Shown here: positions 26,439 through 35,955 of the stretch, one piece after another
How positions within the stretch are numbered: the first letter of the stretch is position 1
Layout of the letters: each line of letters opens with the position of its first letter
Assembly: GCA_045863295.1 (NCBI GenBank)
Contig: BTWA01000036.1
Location: forward strand, 1-63,239
Length of the DNA: 63,239 bases
Reading direction: 5' to 3'
Origin: Candidatus Hydrogenedentota bacterium
Lineage (GTDB): Bacteria; Hydrogenedentota; Hydrogenedentia; Hydrogenedentales; SLHB01
Program-made: the position numbers and the translations under genes
The notes under the pieces: generated by a model
What the model was told of the DNA's origin: nothing
Databases searched by the model: none
Seen by the model: the letters and a program-made list of their open reading frames with translations, nothing else

Positions 26439-27587
26439 TCACGAGGCGGAATCTGTATTCAGCGTTTCGCCTTTTGGTGCACATTCTATGTCAGAGTGGT
26501 ATACGGGGGAAACGCCAATCTCTTTCCGCTTCCTCGCAATTGTCGCAATCAGTCGTGCCGCGTTTCCATACAGAATCTTTTCAACGGCAACTCTATCAAG
26601 ACCCAGTTCATTACAGGCCCATTTCAGCGCTTTCAACGCTTCATACATATAGAGGGTATATTTAGCCTCAATTTCGGGGCTTTCCCGTTCTTTGTTGAAA
26701 TAAAAGGGATAGCTGCACCGATTCACATAGGTGCGGCCGTGCCATTGTCTACGGCCTCGCAGATAGAAGATCGGATTGTCCGTACCATAAATGATTCTAT
26801 CGGGGCCAATTGTCTTAAGTGCAAATAGATGTACCTCGGGATTGAGTACGGCCGAATTGTCAAAGTAGATTCCATCGTCTTCGGCAAGGGGAGACAACCC
26901 CTCTTCCGCATGAGGAAGCGTGTAGCTGCGTCCGAGATGCGCGATCACGAGCTTAACCTTTGGATAGCGACGGCGAATATCCAATACTTCACGAATATTG
27001 TCGCAATGGCCCAACCGATCGGCCTTCGGCACATGCAACGTGACCCACGCGCCGCGCTCATTTATGACTTCCAACTGATGCTGCGGCAGAAAATCATAAA
27101 TGCTGGATTCCAGGTAGCGGTCTCGGGTGTATCGATCGTATCCGATCATGGTGTAATACGGCTTTACGCCAATCACGGAGGGTTGATCCAGCCAGTAGGC
27201 TACTTGTTCGGCGACCCAAGTCGGACGCACGAGGGCCAGAGAATGACAACCACGCATTGCCATTTCGCCTATAGTGTACTGGTTTGAACCTTCCACGTCC
27301 CAACCCAATCCCGGGAAAGCGAATCCGACGCAGGTTACGGAGCGGTCTGGATAGACCGTCTTGTAACAACGGAACGCGGTGTCTGCATCCTGCATTTCAA
27401 CCAACTCATTAACCCAGTAGCTGCGACGCATTTCCTCTGTAATCGTCTCGATCTGGTAACGAGGATGGACAATGTGTACATGACCGTCCAGTATCCTTTC
27501 TGGAACCCAGTCTTCCAGATGGACTTGCCAGAAGGCTCTGTCGACGTCTGTATAGGTATGGACATGGTGCAAGTGGATTTCGGCCAT
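26439..27587 (-). CDS. Amidohydrolase_2 family metal-dependent hydrolase
   Basis: 'ILDGHVH', 'GVKPY', 'TLHVP', 'VIAHLGR', 'IIYGTDNP', 'KILYGNAARL'. Confidence 0.85.
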   Translation of the reverse strand: MAEIHLHHVHTYTDVDRAFWQVHLEDWVPERILDGHVHIVHPRYQIETITEEMRRSYWVNELVEMQDADTAFRCYKTVYPDRSVTCVGFAFPGLGWDVEGSNQYTIGEMAMRGCHSLALVRPTWVAEQVAYWLDQPSVIGVKPYYTMIGYDRYTRDRYLESSIYDFLPQHQLEVINERGAWVTLHVPKADRLGHCDNIREVLDIRRRYPKVKLVIAHLGRSYTLPHAEEGLSPLAEDDGIYFDNSAVLNPEVHLFALKTIGPDRIIYGTDNPIFYLRGRRQWHGRTYVNRCSYPFYFNKERESPEIEAKYTLYMYEALKALKWACNELGLDRVAVEKILYGNAARLIATIARKRKEIGVSPVYHSDIECAPKGETLNTDSAS

Positions 27588-27594
27588 GGCCGGG

Positions 27595-29337
27595 CTACTC
27601 CAAAGGAAAAACCAAGCCTGAAAAAAACATCGAAAGCAGCGCAATGGATACTGCAAACACCAACCACCAAAGTACGACGTGGTTATACCATCTGGTACCC
27701 AGGGTGCCACCCAATGCCAGTGCGCGAAAGTCTATCATCAGATCATGCGTAACTTGGTCTGGACGAGGCGGGGGCGTAAGCAGACTCACGCCCAGGCAAA
27801 TACAAACGCAAAAGACCCAATTGATCATGGCCTGGTTGAGGTAGGGCTCAATCCAGGCGGGGTGATCAGGTATCCACTGAACGTAAATCTTCAATGCTAT
27901 ACCCAACGCAAATCCTGCGAATACCGAAGCGGTCGCTCCGGTCGCGTTCACGCGCCGGAACAGGATTCCCATTAAGAATACTGCAGCAAAGGGCGGGGCA
28001 AAGAAAGCGTACAACGATTGAATGTACACGAACAAGCTCCCACCCAACTTATCAATGAAGGCGGCGAGTACCATGGACACGACCAGCACTGCGGAGCTGG
28101 CTGCAACACCGACAATGACGAGCTTTTCTTGCGATGCCTCGGGAACCCAAATGCGTTTGTAAAAATCCAGGGTAATGATTGTGGCGGACGAATTCAGCAC
28201 GGAATTTACGGTCGACTGGATGGCGCCGAACAAGGCGGCGAGAAAGAGTCCCCGAAGTCCCACTGGGACGATAGTTTGGAGCATGTGCACGTAGCCCTTA
28301 TCCGCCTCCGGCTGCACCTGATCCCAAGGCTTGAGCATAACTTCCGGGTATTTCGCAAACAGAATGAGACCGGGAAGTACTACGATCACGGGCATCATTA
28401 CTTTTATTAATCCGGCAAACACGATTCCCATGCGCGCATGGTAGATGTCCTTCGCTCCGAGCACACGCTGGATCATGAATTGATTGAGCACGTTGTACCA
28501 GATACTCAATGAGAACGTTGCAAAAAAAATCGACGGCCAGGGCCAAAGTTTGTGGGTCACCGGTTGAATAACGGACAAGCGGTTGTAGTGTGAAGTGCCC
28601 GCCACCTGCATTGCCGTAGCATCCACCGCTTCCTTCCACACCCCTGAATGAGCCTTATTTGCTTCAATCATGACGGAGAACCCATCAACAATAGAGCCCG
28701 ATTCTCCCGCCAGCATCTGAAGGCCCAAGATGGTGACTGACATTCCACCGGCAATCATGACAATAACGGTGAAGAAGTCAGTCCAAGCTACGGACGACAA
28801 GCCGCCGTATATTGCCCAAACCCCCGAAAACAGGCCAATGACGAGAATGGAGACATAGAGATTCCACCCAAAGAGGGTATGAAGGGCCAGGCCTCCCCCG
28901 TAGAGTACCGCGGCAAGAAAGGCGACCACGTTGCTGATGACGGTGACGAGTGCAAAAAACTGCCGCATTAATCCATTAAAGCGACGTTCCAGGAATTCCG
29001 GCATAGTGAACACTCGAGATGCCATAAGAAATGGGATGAAAAACCAAATGATCAGCGAGAAGCTGAATACATTTGCCCATTCGGATACGGCCACGCATGT
29101 TCCATAAATGAATGCCGCCCCAATCATGCCGATAAAGTGTTCTGTACTTATGTTGGAGGCGATAAATGACCCCCCCACTACGTACCAGGGCAAGGCCCTG
29201 CCCGCCAGAAAATACCCTTCGGCGTTTGTGCGCTCTTTTCGTCCCGACAGGTATCCCACGATCGACAAACCGACCAGAAAGGCCGCCATGGCGAGGTAGT
29301 CGAGAAATCCCAATCCAAACGTGCTCAAATCAGTCAC
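27595..29337 (-). CDS. Sodium:solute symporter (SGLT-like sugar transporter)
   Basis: 'YFLAGRALPW', 'ASNISTEHFIG', 'FTMPEFLERRF', 'GGLSSVAWTD', 'NQFMIQRVLGAK', 'GLRGLFLAALFGAIQST'. Confidence 0.93.
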   Translation of the reverse strand: MTDLSTFGLGFLDYLAMAAFLVGLSIVGYLSGRKERTNAEGYFLAGRALPWYVVGGSFIASNISTEHFIGMIGAAFIYGTCVAVSEWANVFSFSLIIWFFIPFLMASRVFTMPEFLERRFNGLMRQFFALVTVISNVVAFLAAVLYGGGLALHTLFGWNLYVSILVIGLFSGVWAIYGGLSSVAWTDFFTVIVMIAGGMSVTILGLQMLAGESGSIVDGFSVMIEANKAHSGVWKEAVDATAMQVAGTSHYNRLSVIQPVTHKLWPWPSIFFATFSLSIWYNVLNQFMIQRVLGAKDIYHARMGIVFAGLIKVMMPVIVVLPGLILFAKYPEVMLKPWDQVQPEADKGYVHMLQTIVPVGLRGLFLAALFGAIQSTVNSVLNSSATIITLDFYKRIWVPEASQEKLVIVGVAASSAVLVVSMVLAAFIDKLGGSLFVYIQSLYAFFAPPFAAVFLMGILFRRVNATGATASVFAGFALGIALKIYVQWIPDHPAWIEPYLNQAMINWVFCVCICLGVSLLTPPPRPDQVTHDLMIDFRALALGGTLGTRWYNHVVLWWLVFAVSIALLSMFFSGLVFPLE

Positions 29338-30742
29338 AGTATCCGCCTTGTGCGTCCACTCGCACGGCTTCTAGACCCAATGCTTCCGCAAAAGCCTGAA
29401 TAGCGGTACAAACGTCTCCCTGCACAAGGCAACAATGATGGGTGCCCCCGCACAAGGAATACGCTTCCAGAAACCGGGAAACGGGAACGCGCGGTTTTAT
29501 CCAACCCCGTATCCAATCGCGAAAATCCGGGTGATTGCCGTCTTCCAGAACTTCCACCGGAGAATACAATATTCTAAATGTATCGTTGGAGCCTGGCGAA
29601 ATATTAACTAGAGTGGCGAGTCCCGGTCGAGGAGCACAGGCGATGGCTGCGGGATTCTGCGTTCGGGTGAATGGAAATGGCTTTTCATACAGACGTGGCC
29701 TGCCCGCTGACATCGCGGGATTGAATTCACCCATGTGCGAAAGGAATAGAGTGTCTCCATTCCAATCTGGGCAAAACATTTCCGTGAAGGTGGCTGGTCC
29801 CATTGCCTTCACCATGGCTGCTACAAGTGCAGCCGTTAGTACATCCCCTTCTCCCGCGTAGCCAATCCCCCTTGCCATGGCCTTTGAACATTCCAAAAAC
29901 GGAACCGTGCTGAGCGGGCCGTCGGCGTAACCAAACGCCAGGAAATTCATTGAAAATGCTCCAAAGCCGCCCCTGTCCAGGTACTGGCGTACACCCAGGC
30001 CCAGCCGCACCGACCTGCGATGCACGGCCTCATCCAAGTCAACGTCAAAAGCAGTCTGGTCCTGACGCAACTCGGTTTCTATTTCCTCGATCGAAACATT
30101 CTGTACGCTCTCCGCCAGATCTTCCGTACTGATTTGGACAATTTCCTGATTGAAGGCCTCGCGCAAACGGCCTTCCGTCACGTAGAAATCGCCCATACCT
30201 GTAAAGGATGGTCCAATGCGCAGTATACGCATGTTTCGAAAGCATGCGGCGGCGTGTGCGCCACGAACGACGGATTCAACCCTTGACATCGTCCTGGGAT
30301 CGGATAAATGACCTGCGACCACGCTGTACGGTTTACCGATTCGCCTCAGCATGCACGACAAGTCCTGAACGCCATGGATACCGTGGTTGTACAAAAGACG
30401 AAGCGGATCGACGTCAGGGCCAAAGGATACGTCGGGGGTCGTATCCAACATGAGAATAGGCAAAGGGCATTTGGCCAATGCATTCGCTGCTTCGAGCGAG
30501 GGCGAATACGCAAGGTGCAGCGTAACGATCACGTGCGCACCGCCGGATTCGAATTTCCGAACTGCATCCTCTACTTCATCTGCGATACGGCAAACCGGCG
30601 ACTCGATCACATTCGCCCCGATAGACACAAGAGCAGCGGAGACTTCGCTTAGAAACGGGCGCAATTCGTCAATTAGATTCGGAAGCACTTCATCATACAG
30701 GCGAACATAGAGTGGCAATAGTCCAATAACGGGGGTCTTCAC
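29330..30742 (-). CDS. L-arabinose/L-fucose isomerase family protein
   Basis: AraA-type metal/catalytic residues in 'GYAGEGD', 'FTEM', 'LSHMGE', 'GGTHH'; also 'NHGIHG', 'AYSPS'. Confidence 0.82.
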   Translation of the reverse strand: MKTPVIGLLPLYVRLYDEVLPNLIDELRPFLSEVSAALVSIGANVIESPVCRIADEVEDAVRKFESGGAHVIVTLHLAYSPSLEAANALAKCPLPILMLDTTPDVSFGPDVDPLRLLYNHGIHGVQDLSCMLRRIGKPYSVVAGHLSDPRTMSRVESVVRGAHAAACFRNMRILRIGPSFTGMGDFYVTEGRLREAFNQEIVQISTEDLAESVQNVSIEEIETELRQDQTAFDVDLDEAVHRRSVRLGLGVRQYLDRGGFGAFSMNFLAFGYADGPLSTVPFLECSKAMARGIGYAGEGDVLTAALVAAMVKAMGPATFTEMFCPDWNGDTLFLSHMGEFNPAMSAGRPRLYEKPFPFTRTQNPAAIACAPRPGLATLVNISPGSNDTFRILYSPVEVLEDGNHPDFRDWIRGWIKPRVPVSRFLEAYSLCGGTHHCCLVQGDVCTAIQAFAEALGLEAVRVDAQGGYCD

Positions 30743-32241
30743 TGCGAATACCTCCGGTGTGAATCAAATCGTATGGCCTTCCCCGCGGGAACATTGCCGT
30801 ACAACGTTTTCCAGGCCAACCCGTACATCTCGTATCCCTGACGTATTGATTGAATGTCCGTGCGATTCGAAATGGCGATTCTCTTCGTGCGTGCCAATGA
30901 TACCGCTTTACCGAATACCCGGAGACAGCCTCGGGCGCCCATCCACTCTTCCCCCTCAATTTGAAATACAGGCAAAGGCGCAAAAAGCGCCGCAATCAAT
31001 TGCCGGAAGTGCTGTCCCTTACTCGCTCCGCCCCCCAGGATCACACAATCTATTTCGGAGCGCACTTTCACCAGCTCAAACACTCTCGCGAGTTCATAGC
31101 ACATTCCCGCGGCTACAGCGCGAAACAGATCCGCCGGAGTTGTCAATGGGCCGCACCCGACAAAACACGCACCACCAACAACGTCTGGGCGAATTGGATT
31201 TGGGCGATTCAGCCATGGCATCGCCACAAGCCCATCCGTGGGCAGCAACGATTCGTCGAATACCGCGCGCTGCTTCTCCAATGCGCGCCGTTCACTGCGA
31301 TCGACAAAACATTTGAGCGCCCATTCCCAAGTGACGTTACCCGTCAGCAAAGGCTGCACGATTAACCGTCCCGAACCGATGGGAGACGGGACTACGATTT
31401 GAAAAGGCGAACGTGCTGTCGATGATACTGGGACCACAAAGTTGCCCACCCATGCCGTGCCAAGAGAGCACTGCAGCGGGCGCACAGCATCCCTTTCGCA
31501 AGACATGTAGCCGGCTTCATGATCCATATAGGGTCCCGCCACAGGTATGCCCGCCACCAAACCCAGTTTGCGCGCGGCGACCTCAGACAATGGTTGCGTC
31601 TGGTGTCCCGGTCGCAAGGGCGCGAAGAAGGACAGCGGTGCACCTGCAATTGCCGCGGGTTCCGCAATCAGCTTGTTCGACCATGCGTCGTAACATCCTA
31701 TCTGCGCGGCATTGCCGCAATCTTGCCGCCACTGCTCCGTCAGGTGAAAGTACAGGAACTCGCCCGCTCCGGCATAAATATTTGAATCTCTGAATAGACC
31801 ATCCATAGTACGCTGCAGTCTGATCAGCCGGGCGAGCCCCATACCCGGTTCATCGCGCATAGAGAATTTGCGCCAAAAATGAGGCGTGCGCACTTCAAGC
31901 AGACGTCTAAATTCTGGTAGTGCTCGCGAGTCATTCCATAACGTCATGGGGGTCAGCGCCCGTCCGGAAGCTCGATCGGCGATAATCATGCTTCCGCCCT
32001 GCGCTGCGACGCCCACTCCGCATACGCCTTTCAAACCGCCCATCGTCTGGCCGACAGCCTTCAACGCCCGCCGCATTGCCCCTAAAAGTGCGGCCGGACT
32101 TTGCTCACGGCGTCCGTCGGCACCGGTTTCGACAGGCAACCGTATCGAACTCGACGCCAGCATGCGACCAGACTTTACATCAAACGCAGCGGCTTTCAGG
32201 GCCGTGGTTCCCACGTCGATTCCGATGAGCGATCGACTCAT
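30739..32241 (-). CDS. FGGY-family carbohydrate kinase
   Basis: 'LIGIDVGTTALKA', 'LWNDSRA', 'CSLGTA', 'FRAVAAG', 'ILGGGASK'. Confidence 0.88.
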   Translation of the reverse strand: MSRSLIGIDVGTTALKAAAFDVKSGRMLASSSIRLPVETGADGRREQSPAALLGAMRRALKAVGQTMGGLKGVCGVGVAAQGGSMIIADRASGRALTPMTLWNDSRALPEFRRLLEVRTPHFWRKFSMRDEPGMGLARLIRLQRTMDGLFRDSNIYAGAGEFLYFHLTEQWRQDCGNAAQIGCYDAWSNKLIAEPAAIAGAPLSFFAPLRPGHQTQPLSEVAARKLGLVAGIPVAGPYMDHEAGYMSCERDAVRPLQCSLGTAWVGNFVVPVSSTARSPFQIVVPSPIGSGRLIVQPLLTGNVTWEWALKCFVDRSERRALEKQRAVFDESLLPTDGLVAMPWLNRPNPIRPDVVGGACFVGCGPLTTPADLFRAVAAGMCYELARVFELVKVRSEIDCVILGGGASKGQHFRQLIAALFAPLPVFQIEGEEWMGARGCLRVFGKAVSLARTKRIAISNRTDIQSIRQGYEMYGLAWKTLYGNVPAGKAIRFDSHRRYSQ

Positions 32242-33413
32242 CGCAAATCTCGAGGTAGGGTATTATCCAAATCAACTGTGGTCTTATCAGAGTGCGACCG
32301 AAGCGCGGCCGAAAAGAGCCTGTGGGCGGCGTTCATTTCTAACGGACTTGGGCACGCCGCTTCGATACTGACAGGTGCGCCATGCACGATTTCGTGAACA
32401 AAAGCAGCAACCAACTGCAAAAAAGCGTCTGTCGCCCCGAACTCGAAGATACCGCCGGTAATGGTTGCGTATGGCGTTTCAAATCCCATGTCAATCTGTT
32501 GCCAACGCTGCTCTCCGCCGGCGTATTCCAGCAGTTCGAGGCGTTTTGGATTCTTGAGCGAAAATCGCGCACTTGCCAACGTTCCATGCACTGAGACATA
32601 CCAGGTATTGCGCTCGCCGGGCATAATGCGCGCGGCCTTAAACAACCATGGAAACGTGGATTGTGTGCGTGGGTCAAATACTTCGGATAGAAGTGTTGCG
32701 TTGTCCCAGGTGTCACACGGCGTCAATTGCCCGTGCGCATCCGGCCGTTCGCTAACAATATTGCTGCAAATTGCACGCGTATTGCGCACGCGCCAGCCCA
32801 GCCGAGCGGGAAGGAAGGCGACATGGGTGCCCAAGTCTCCGAGAACACCGTACTCTCCGTTTATTCCCGGCTTTCGCTTCCAATTGATGGGCTTAGCGGG
32901 ATCAAGATCGCTCGAATGAAGAAACCCCGACTCAAATTCGATGATCCGTCCCAGTGCGCCATCGGAAACCATCCGAAGTATTCGCTGTGCGGCTGGATAA
33001 TAGATGAACTGTGACGCGCACCGGACCGTACAATCCGGGTGGCTCTCGATGCAACGCATTATGGTTTCGTTGGAGGCCAGATCGATGCCGAACGGCTTCT
33101 CACCCAGCAGATGTTTTCCCGCATTCAGGACAGCGCAGTAGACCTCTTCGTGCAGGTTGTGGGGAACGGCGCAATATACCGCGTCGACTTTCGGGTTGGC
33201 CACGATTTCACGATAGTCTTGGGTCACTTGTGAGATGGTAGGAAAATGGTGTGTGAACCAGCCGATCCTGTCGTTCGACAGAGTACGATTGCAGATGGCG
33301 GTAACCACCGGCCTTGCGTCAGTCTTGGTTAAATGACACCAACGCGACACCGCGCCGGCAAACTCCCGGCCCATCATTCCGCACCCAATGATCCCAAACT
33401 GAATGGATCTCAT
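32238..33413 (-). CDS. Gfo/Idh/MocA family oxidoreductase (cytoplasmic)
   Basis: 'FGIIGCGMMG', 'VDAVYCAVPHNLH', 'GKHLLGEKP', 'GVLGDLGTH'; ATGA overlap with the DeoR gene. Confidence 0.9.
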   Translation of the reverse strand: MRSIQFGIIGCGMMGREFAGAVSRWCHLTKTDARPVVTAICNRTLSNDRIGWFTHHFPTISQVTQDYREIVANPKVDAVYCAVPHNLHEEVYCAVLNAGKHLLGEKPFGIDLASNETIMRCIESHPDCTVRCASQFIYYPAAQRILRMVSDGALGRIIEFESGFLHSSDLDPAKPINWKRKPGINGEYGVLGDLGTHVAFLPARLGWRVRNTRAICSNIVSERPDAHGQLTPCDTWDNATLLSEVFDPRTQSTFPWLFKAARIMPGERNTWYVSVHGTLASARFSLKNPKRLELLEYAGGEQRWQQIDMGFETPYATITGGIFEFGATDAFLQLVAAFVHEIVHGAPVSIEAACPSPLEMNAAHRLFSAALRSHSDKTTVDLDNTLPRDLR

Positions 33414-34240
33414 CGTTGCTCTGCTTTCAGATTTCGACCGGCCTTTGTCACCCGCACATAGCGCGCGTGCCTTGCTGTCTGGGTCAGCCACTTTCGATGG
33501 GTCCGGGATATGTTTTCGTCGGTCACCACATAGTGAAAGTCTTTCCAGCCTGCAAATCGCACAAAGGAACTTCTAGAGAATTTGCCGCTGTCCAGTACCA
33601 ACGTGGTATGGTCGGCCGATTCCATCATTGCCATGGATACTCTCGACACGCCTAAGTCTGACGCATAGACGCCACGCCTATCGGCAGCATCCGCTCCAAG
33701 AATTGCCAACTCCACTCGAAAATGCCGCAAGTTTTCTTCGGTAAGCGGTCCTGACAGGTCGGGACTGTTCCTCCGGACATCTCCTCCCAATAACACCAAT
33801 TCGATATTCGACTGGCCGTGTAGAACCGAGGCGATGGCCAGGGAAGAAGTGAGTACCTTTATGTCTTCAATGCCCCTAATGGCCTTGGCTACTTCCAAAG
33901 TCGTAGTGCCGGTGTCCAGCATAACTGACATGCCTGGCTTCACGAGCAAAGCCGCCTCAAGTGCGATGGCCTTTTTCGCTTCCAAACGCGTACGGCTGCG
34001 TTCCATGAATTCGAATTCAGCTACAGACCGGCGAGAGAGTATGGCTCCACCGTGCGTTCTCTGAATAGAGCTGCGCCGCTCCAATGCTTCCAGATCCCTC
34101 CGGATGGTCATGGCGGTCACCTTGAAGCGCTCGGATAGATCCTGCACAAATATCTCTCCATCCTGGGCAAGAAGATCGAGAATCTTTGCGTGGCGCTTTA
34201 TCGCGGTGTCCTTGCGGCTATGCTTCCCATTACTGTGCAA
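33410..34240 (-). CDS. DeoR/GlpR family transcriptional regulator
   Basis: 'RHAKILDLL..LSERFKVTAMTIRRDLEALE..RTHGGA', 'KKAIA', 'MLDTGTTT', 'DSGKF'. Confidence 0.93.
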   Translation of the reverse strand: MHSNGKHSRKDTAIKRHAKILDLLAQDGEIFVQDLSERFKVTAMTIRRDLEALERRSSIQRTHGGAILSRRSVAEFEFMERSRTRLEAKKAIALEAALLVKPGMSVMLDTGTTTLEVAKAIRGIEDIKVLTSSLAIASVLHGQSNIELVLLGGDVRRNSPDLSGPLTEENLRHFRVELAILGADAADRRGVYASDLGVSRVSMAMMESADHTTLVLDSGKFSRSSFVRFAGWKDFHYVVTDENISRTHRKWLTQTARHARYVRVTKAGRNLKAEQR

Positions 34241-35756
34241 TCGTCACCTCACCGTTTGCTTTCACTTCCGTCAGTGCTTCTGACACTTTTCGGAGCACAA
34301 CATCAACAACCTCGCGGCTGGCAATGAGCGGCAGCTTGGTCAGGAGAGCGGGCGGGCAATCGGCCTTGTATGTCTGCGCGCTGATGTCCAATCCTTTTTG
34401 AATCAGCATAGCGGCCAGTTGCCTGGCTACGTTCAGATCGTATAAGAACAAGGAGGATAGATGCCCCCATCCTTCCACACCGGCAATTACATCGTCGTGT
34501 TGCTTGGCAAGCTCCCGAAGCCGGTTGGCGTATTCATCCCCTATGTTTTGAGTCACACGTGTGTTTGCCAAAGCCCAGCGCATGGTAACCAAATAGGCCA
34601 GCGACGCCAACTCTTCCTGCCCGTTCGTTACAAGCGATCCAAATTGCGGCAAATCGCCTTCCAATGCAGCGCTGAACAGGATTCTGGATGAAGCGAATTC
34701 GCCGCCGGGAAACCCCTTGCCTACGGCCACCATGTCCGGGCACAAACCGTAGGACTTGTACAAAAACAGGCCCGGTCCCCAAACGCAGGTCTGAATTTCA
34801 TCGGCCATTACAGGAACGTTGTGTAAGTGGCACAGTTCATAGGCTCTACTCAAGAATGGCTTTTTCAACTGCACACCGCCATAATTCATCATGACAATCT
34901 CATGCAATAGGCCGGCAATTCTCGTTGTCTCGGTTTCGCAGCGGCTAAATGCACTTTCCAAGTCTTCCATGCGGTTCGGCCGAATTGCATGTATCCGGAA
35001 TGTACCTACCTTTTCAAGCTGCTCACGTATCCTGGGCCATTTGCCGCGAAACGTTTGCGTCAATACAGTCGTACCGTGATAGTTGCCGTTGCAGTTGCCT
35101 TCGTCGTCGCCAAGTACCAGAAACACGGGCGTCTTGCCCGCATAGAGTGGTTCTGCCTGATCGGACTCCATCCGGTAGAAGCGGGCAAGCATCATCTTAA
35201 GCCCTGCCTCCACGGCGAGACTACCCGTTTCGAGGTTAAGCACACGGTTCAAAATGCCGCGCTCGCGGGATCGCAGCAGATCGGGCAACGCTCTCCTGTC
35301 GGTAGGGGCATGACCGTTGGCCACGAGCACCAGATCTTCTTCCAACGTCCGAGTAATATGTCCCCGTGTATTGTTGTGAGTAGCATTGGGAATTCCAAGG
35401 CGTCGAGCCCGATCCAAGAGCCTGTACCCCGGAAATCCATGTCCCAGTGAGGCGTGGTAATGCTCGCTCTTCGTGGTCAAGTACAATCGGCCGTCTTCGC
35501 CGCAACGGTACCAGCCAAGCGCACTCAATGGAGATGAATCGAAGCGAGACGCGGATTCAAATGCCGCCGTCGATGCACCCTGTGCACAATTCGGTTTGGC
35601 TGCCTGCACAACACGTGTACCCACTTTGGGCAGGAGGCCGATCAGATGTTCCTGAAACGCATGGGGAAAAAACTCCACTTGTTCGCCAGCAATCGCGCGC
35701 AACGAATCCAACGCCTCGCCCGACAGCATTGATCGGCTCTCACAGACGGCCTCCAT
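34230..35756 (-). CDS. Class III aminotransferase-fold PLP enzyme (divergent)
   Basis: 'LETGSLAVEAGLKM', 'NYHGTT', 'LLHEIV', 'VMADEIQT', 'PDMVAVGKGFPGG' (PLP Lys); start uncertain (ATG 35756 chosen). Confidence 0.8.
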   Translation of the reverse strand: MEAVCESRSMLSGEALDSLRAIAGEQVEFFPHAFQEHLIGLLPKVGTRVVQAAKPNCAQGASTAAFESASRFDSSPLSALGWYRCGEDGRLYLTTKSEHYHASLGHGFPGYRLLDRARRLGIPNATHNNTRGHITRTLEEDLVLVANGHAPTDRRALPDLLRSRERGILNRVLNLETGSLAVEAGLKMMLARFYRMESDQAEPLYAGKTPVFLVLGDDEGNCNGNYHGTTVLTQTFRGKWPRIREQLEKVGTFRIHAIRPNRMEDLESAFSRCETETTRIAGLLHEIVMMNYGGVQLKKPFLSRAYELCHLHNVPVMADEIQTCVWGPGLFLYKSYGLCPDMVAVGKGFPGGEFASSRILFSAALEGDLPQFGSLVTNGQEELASLAYLVTMRWALANTRVTQNIGDEYANRLRELAKQHDDVIAGVEGWGHLSSLFLYDLNVARQLAAMLIQKGLDISAQTYKADCPPALLTKLPLIASREVVDVVLRKVSEALTEVKANGEVTIAQ

Positions 35757-35838
35757 ATAGGATTGACCGCACAAGCTCGCCAATGAATGGGATACGGGTG
35801 AAAAAACAGTCTGGCGCACGCTAAGACCCCTTGAAGCC

Positions 35839-35880
35839 CATGTTGCATCGCATGTTTGCTTCTGTTCGTTTGTGTGAGTT
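35839..35880. promoter_or_regulatory. Candidate DeoR/GlpR operator (phased 10-bp direct repeats)
   Basis: CATGTTGCAT, CATGTTTGCT, TCTGTTCGTT, TGTGTGAGTT in the divergent intergenic region; similar to the GlpR half-site WATGTTCGWT. Confidence 0.45.
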
Positions 35881-35955
35881 ACAGTAATCCAAGCGGAGGG
35901 ATAGTTCAAGCCGAACCGCGGCCTATGACGGGGAGCATTGGAGGAAAATCGCACC

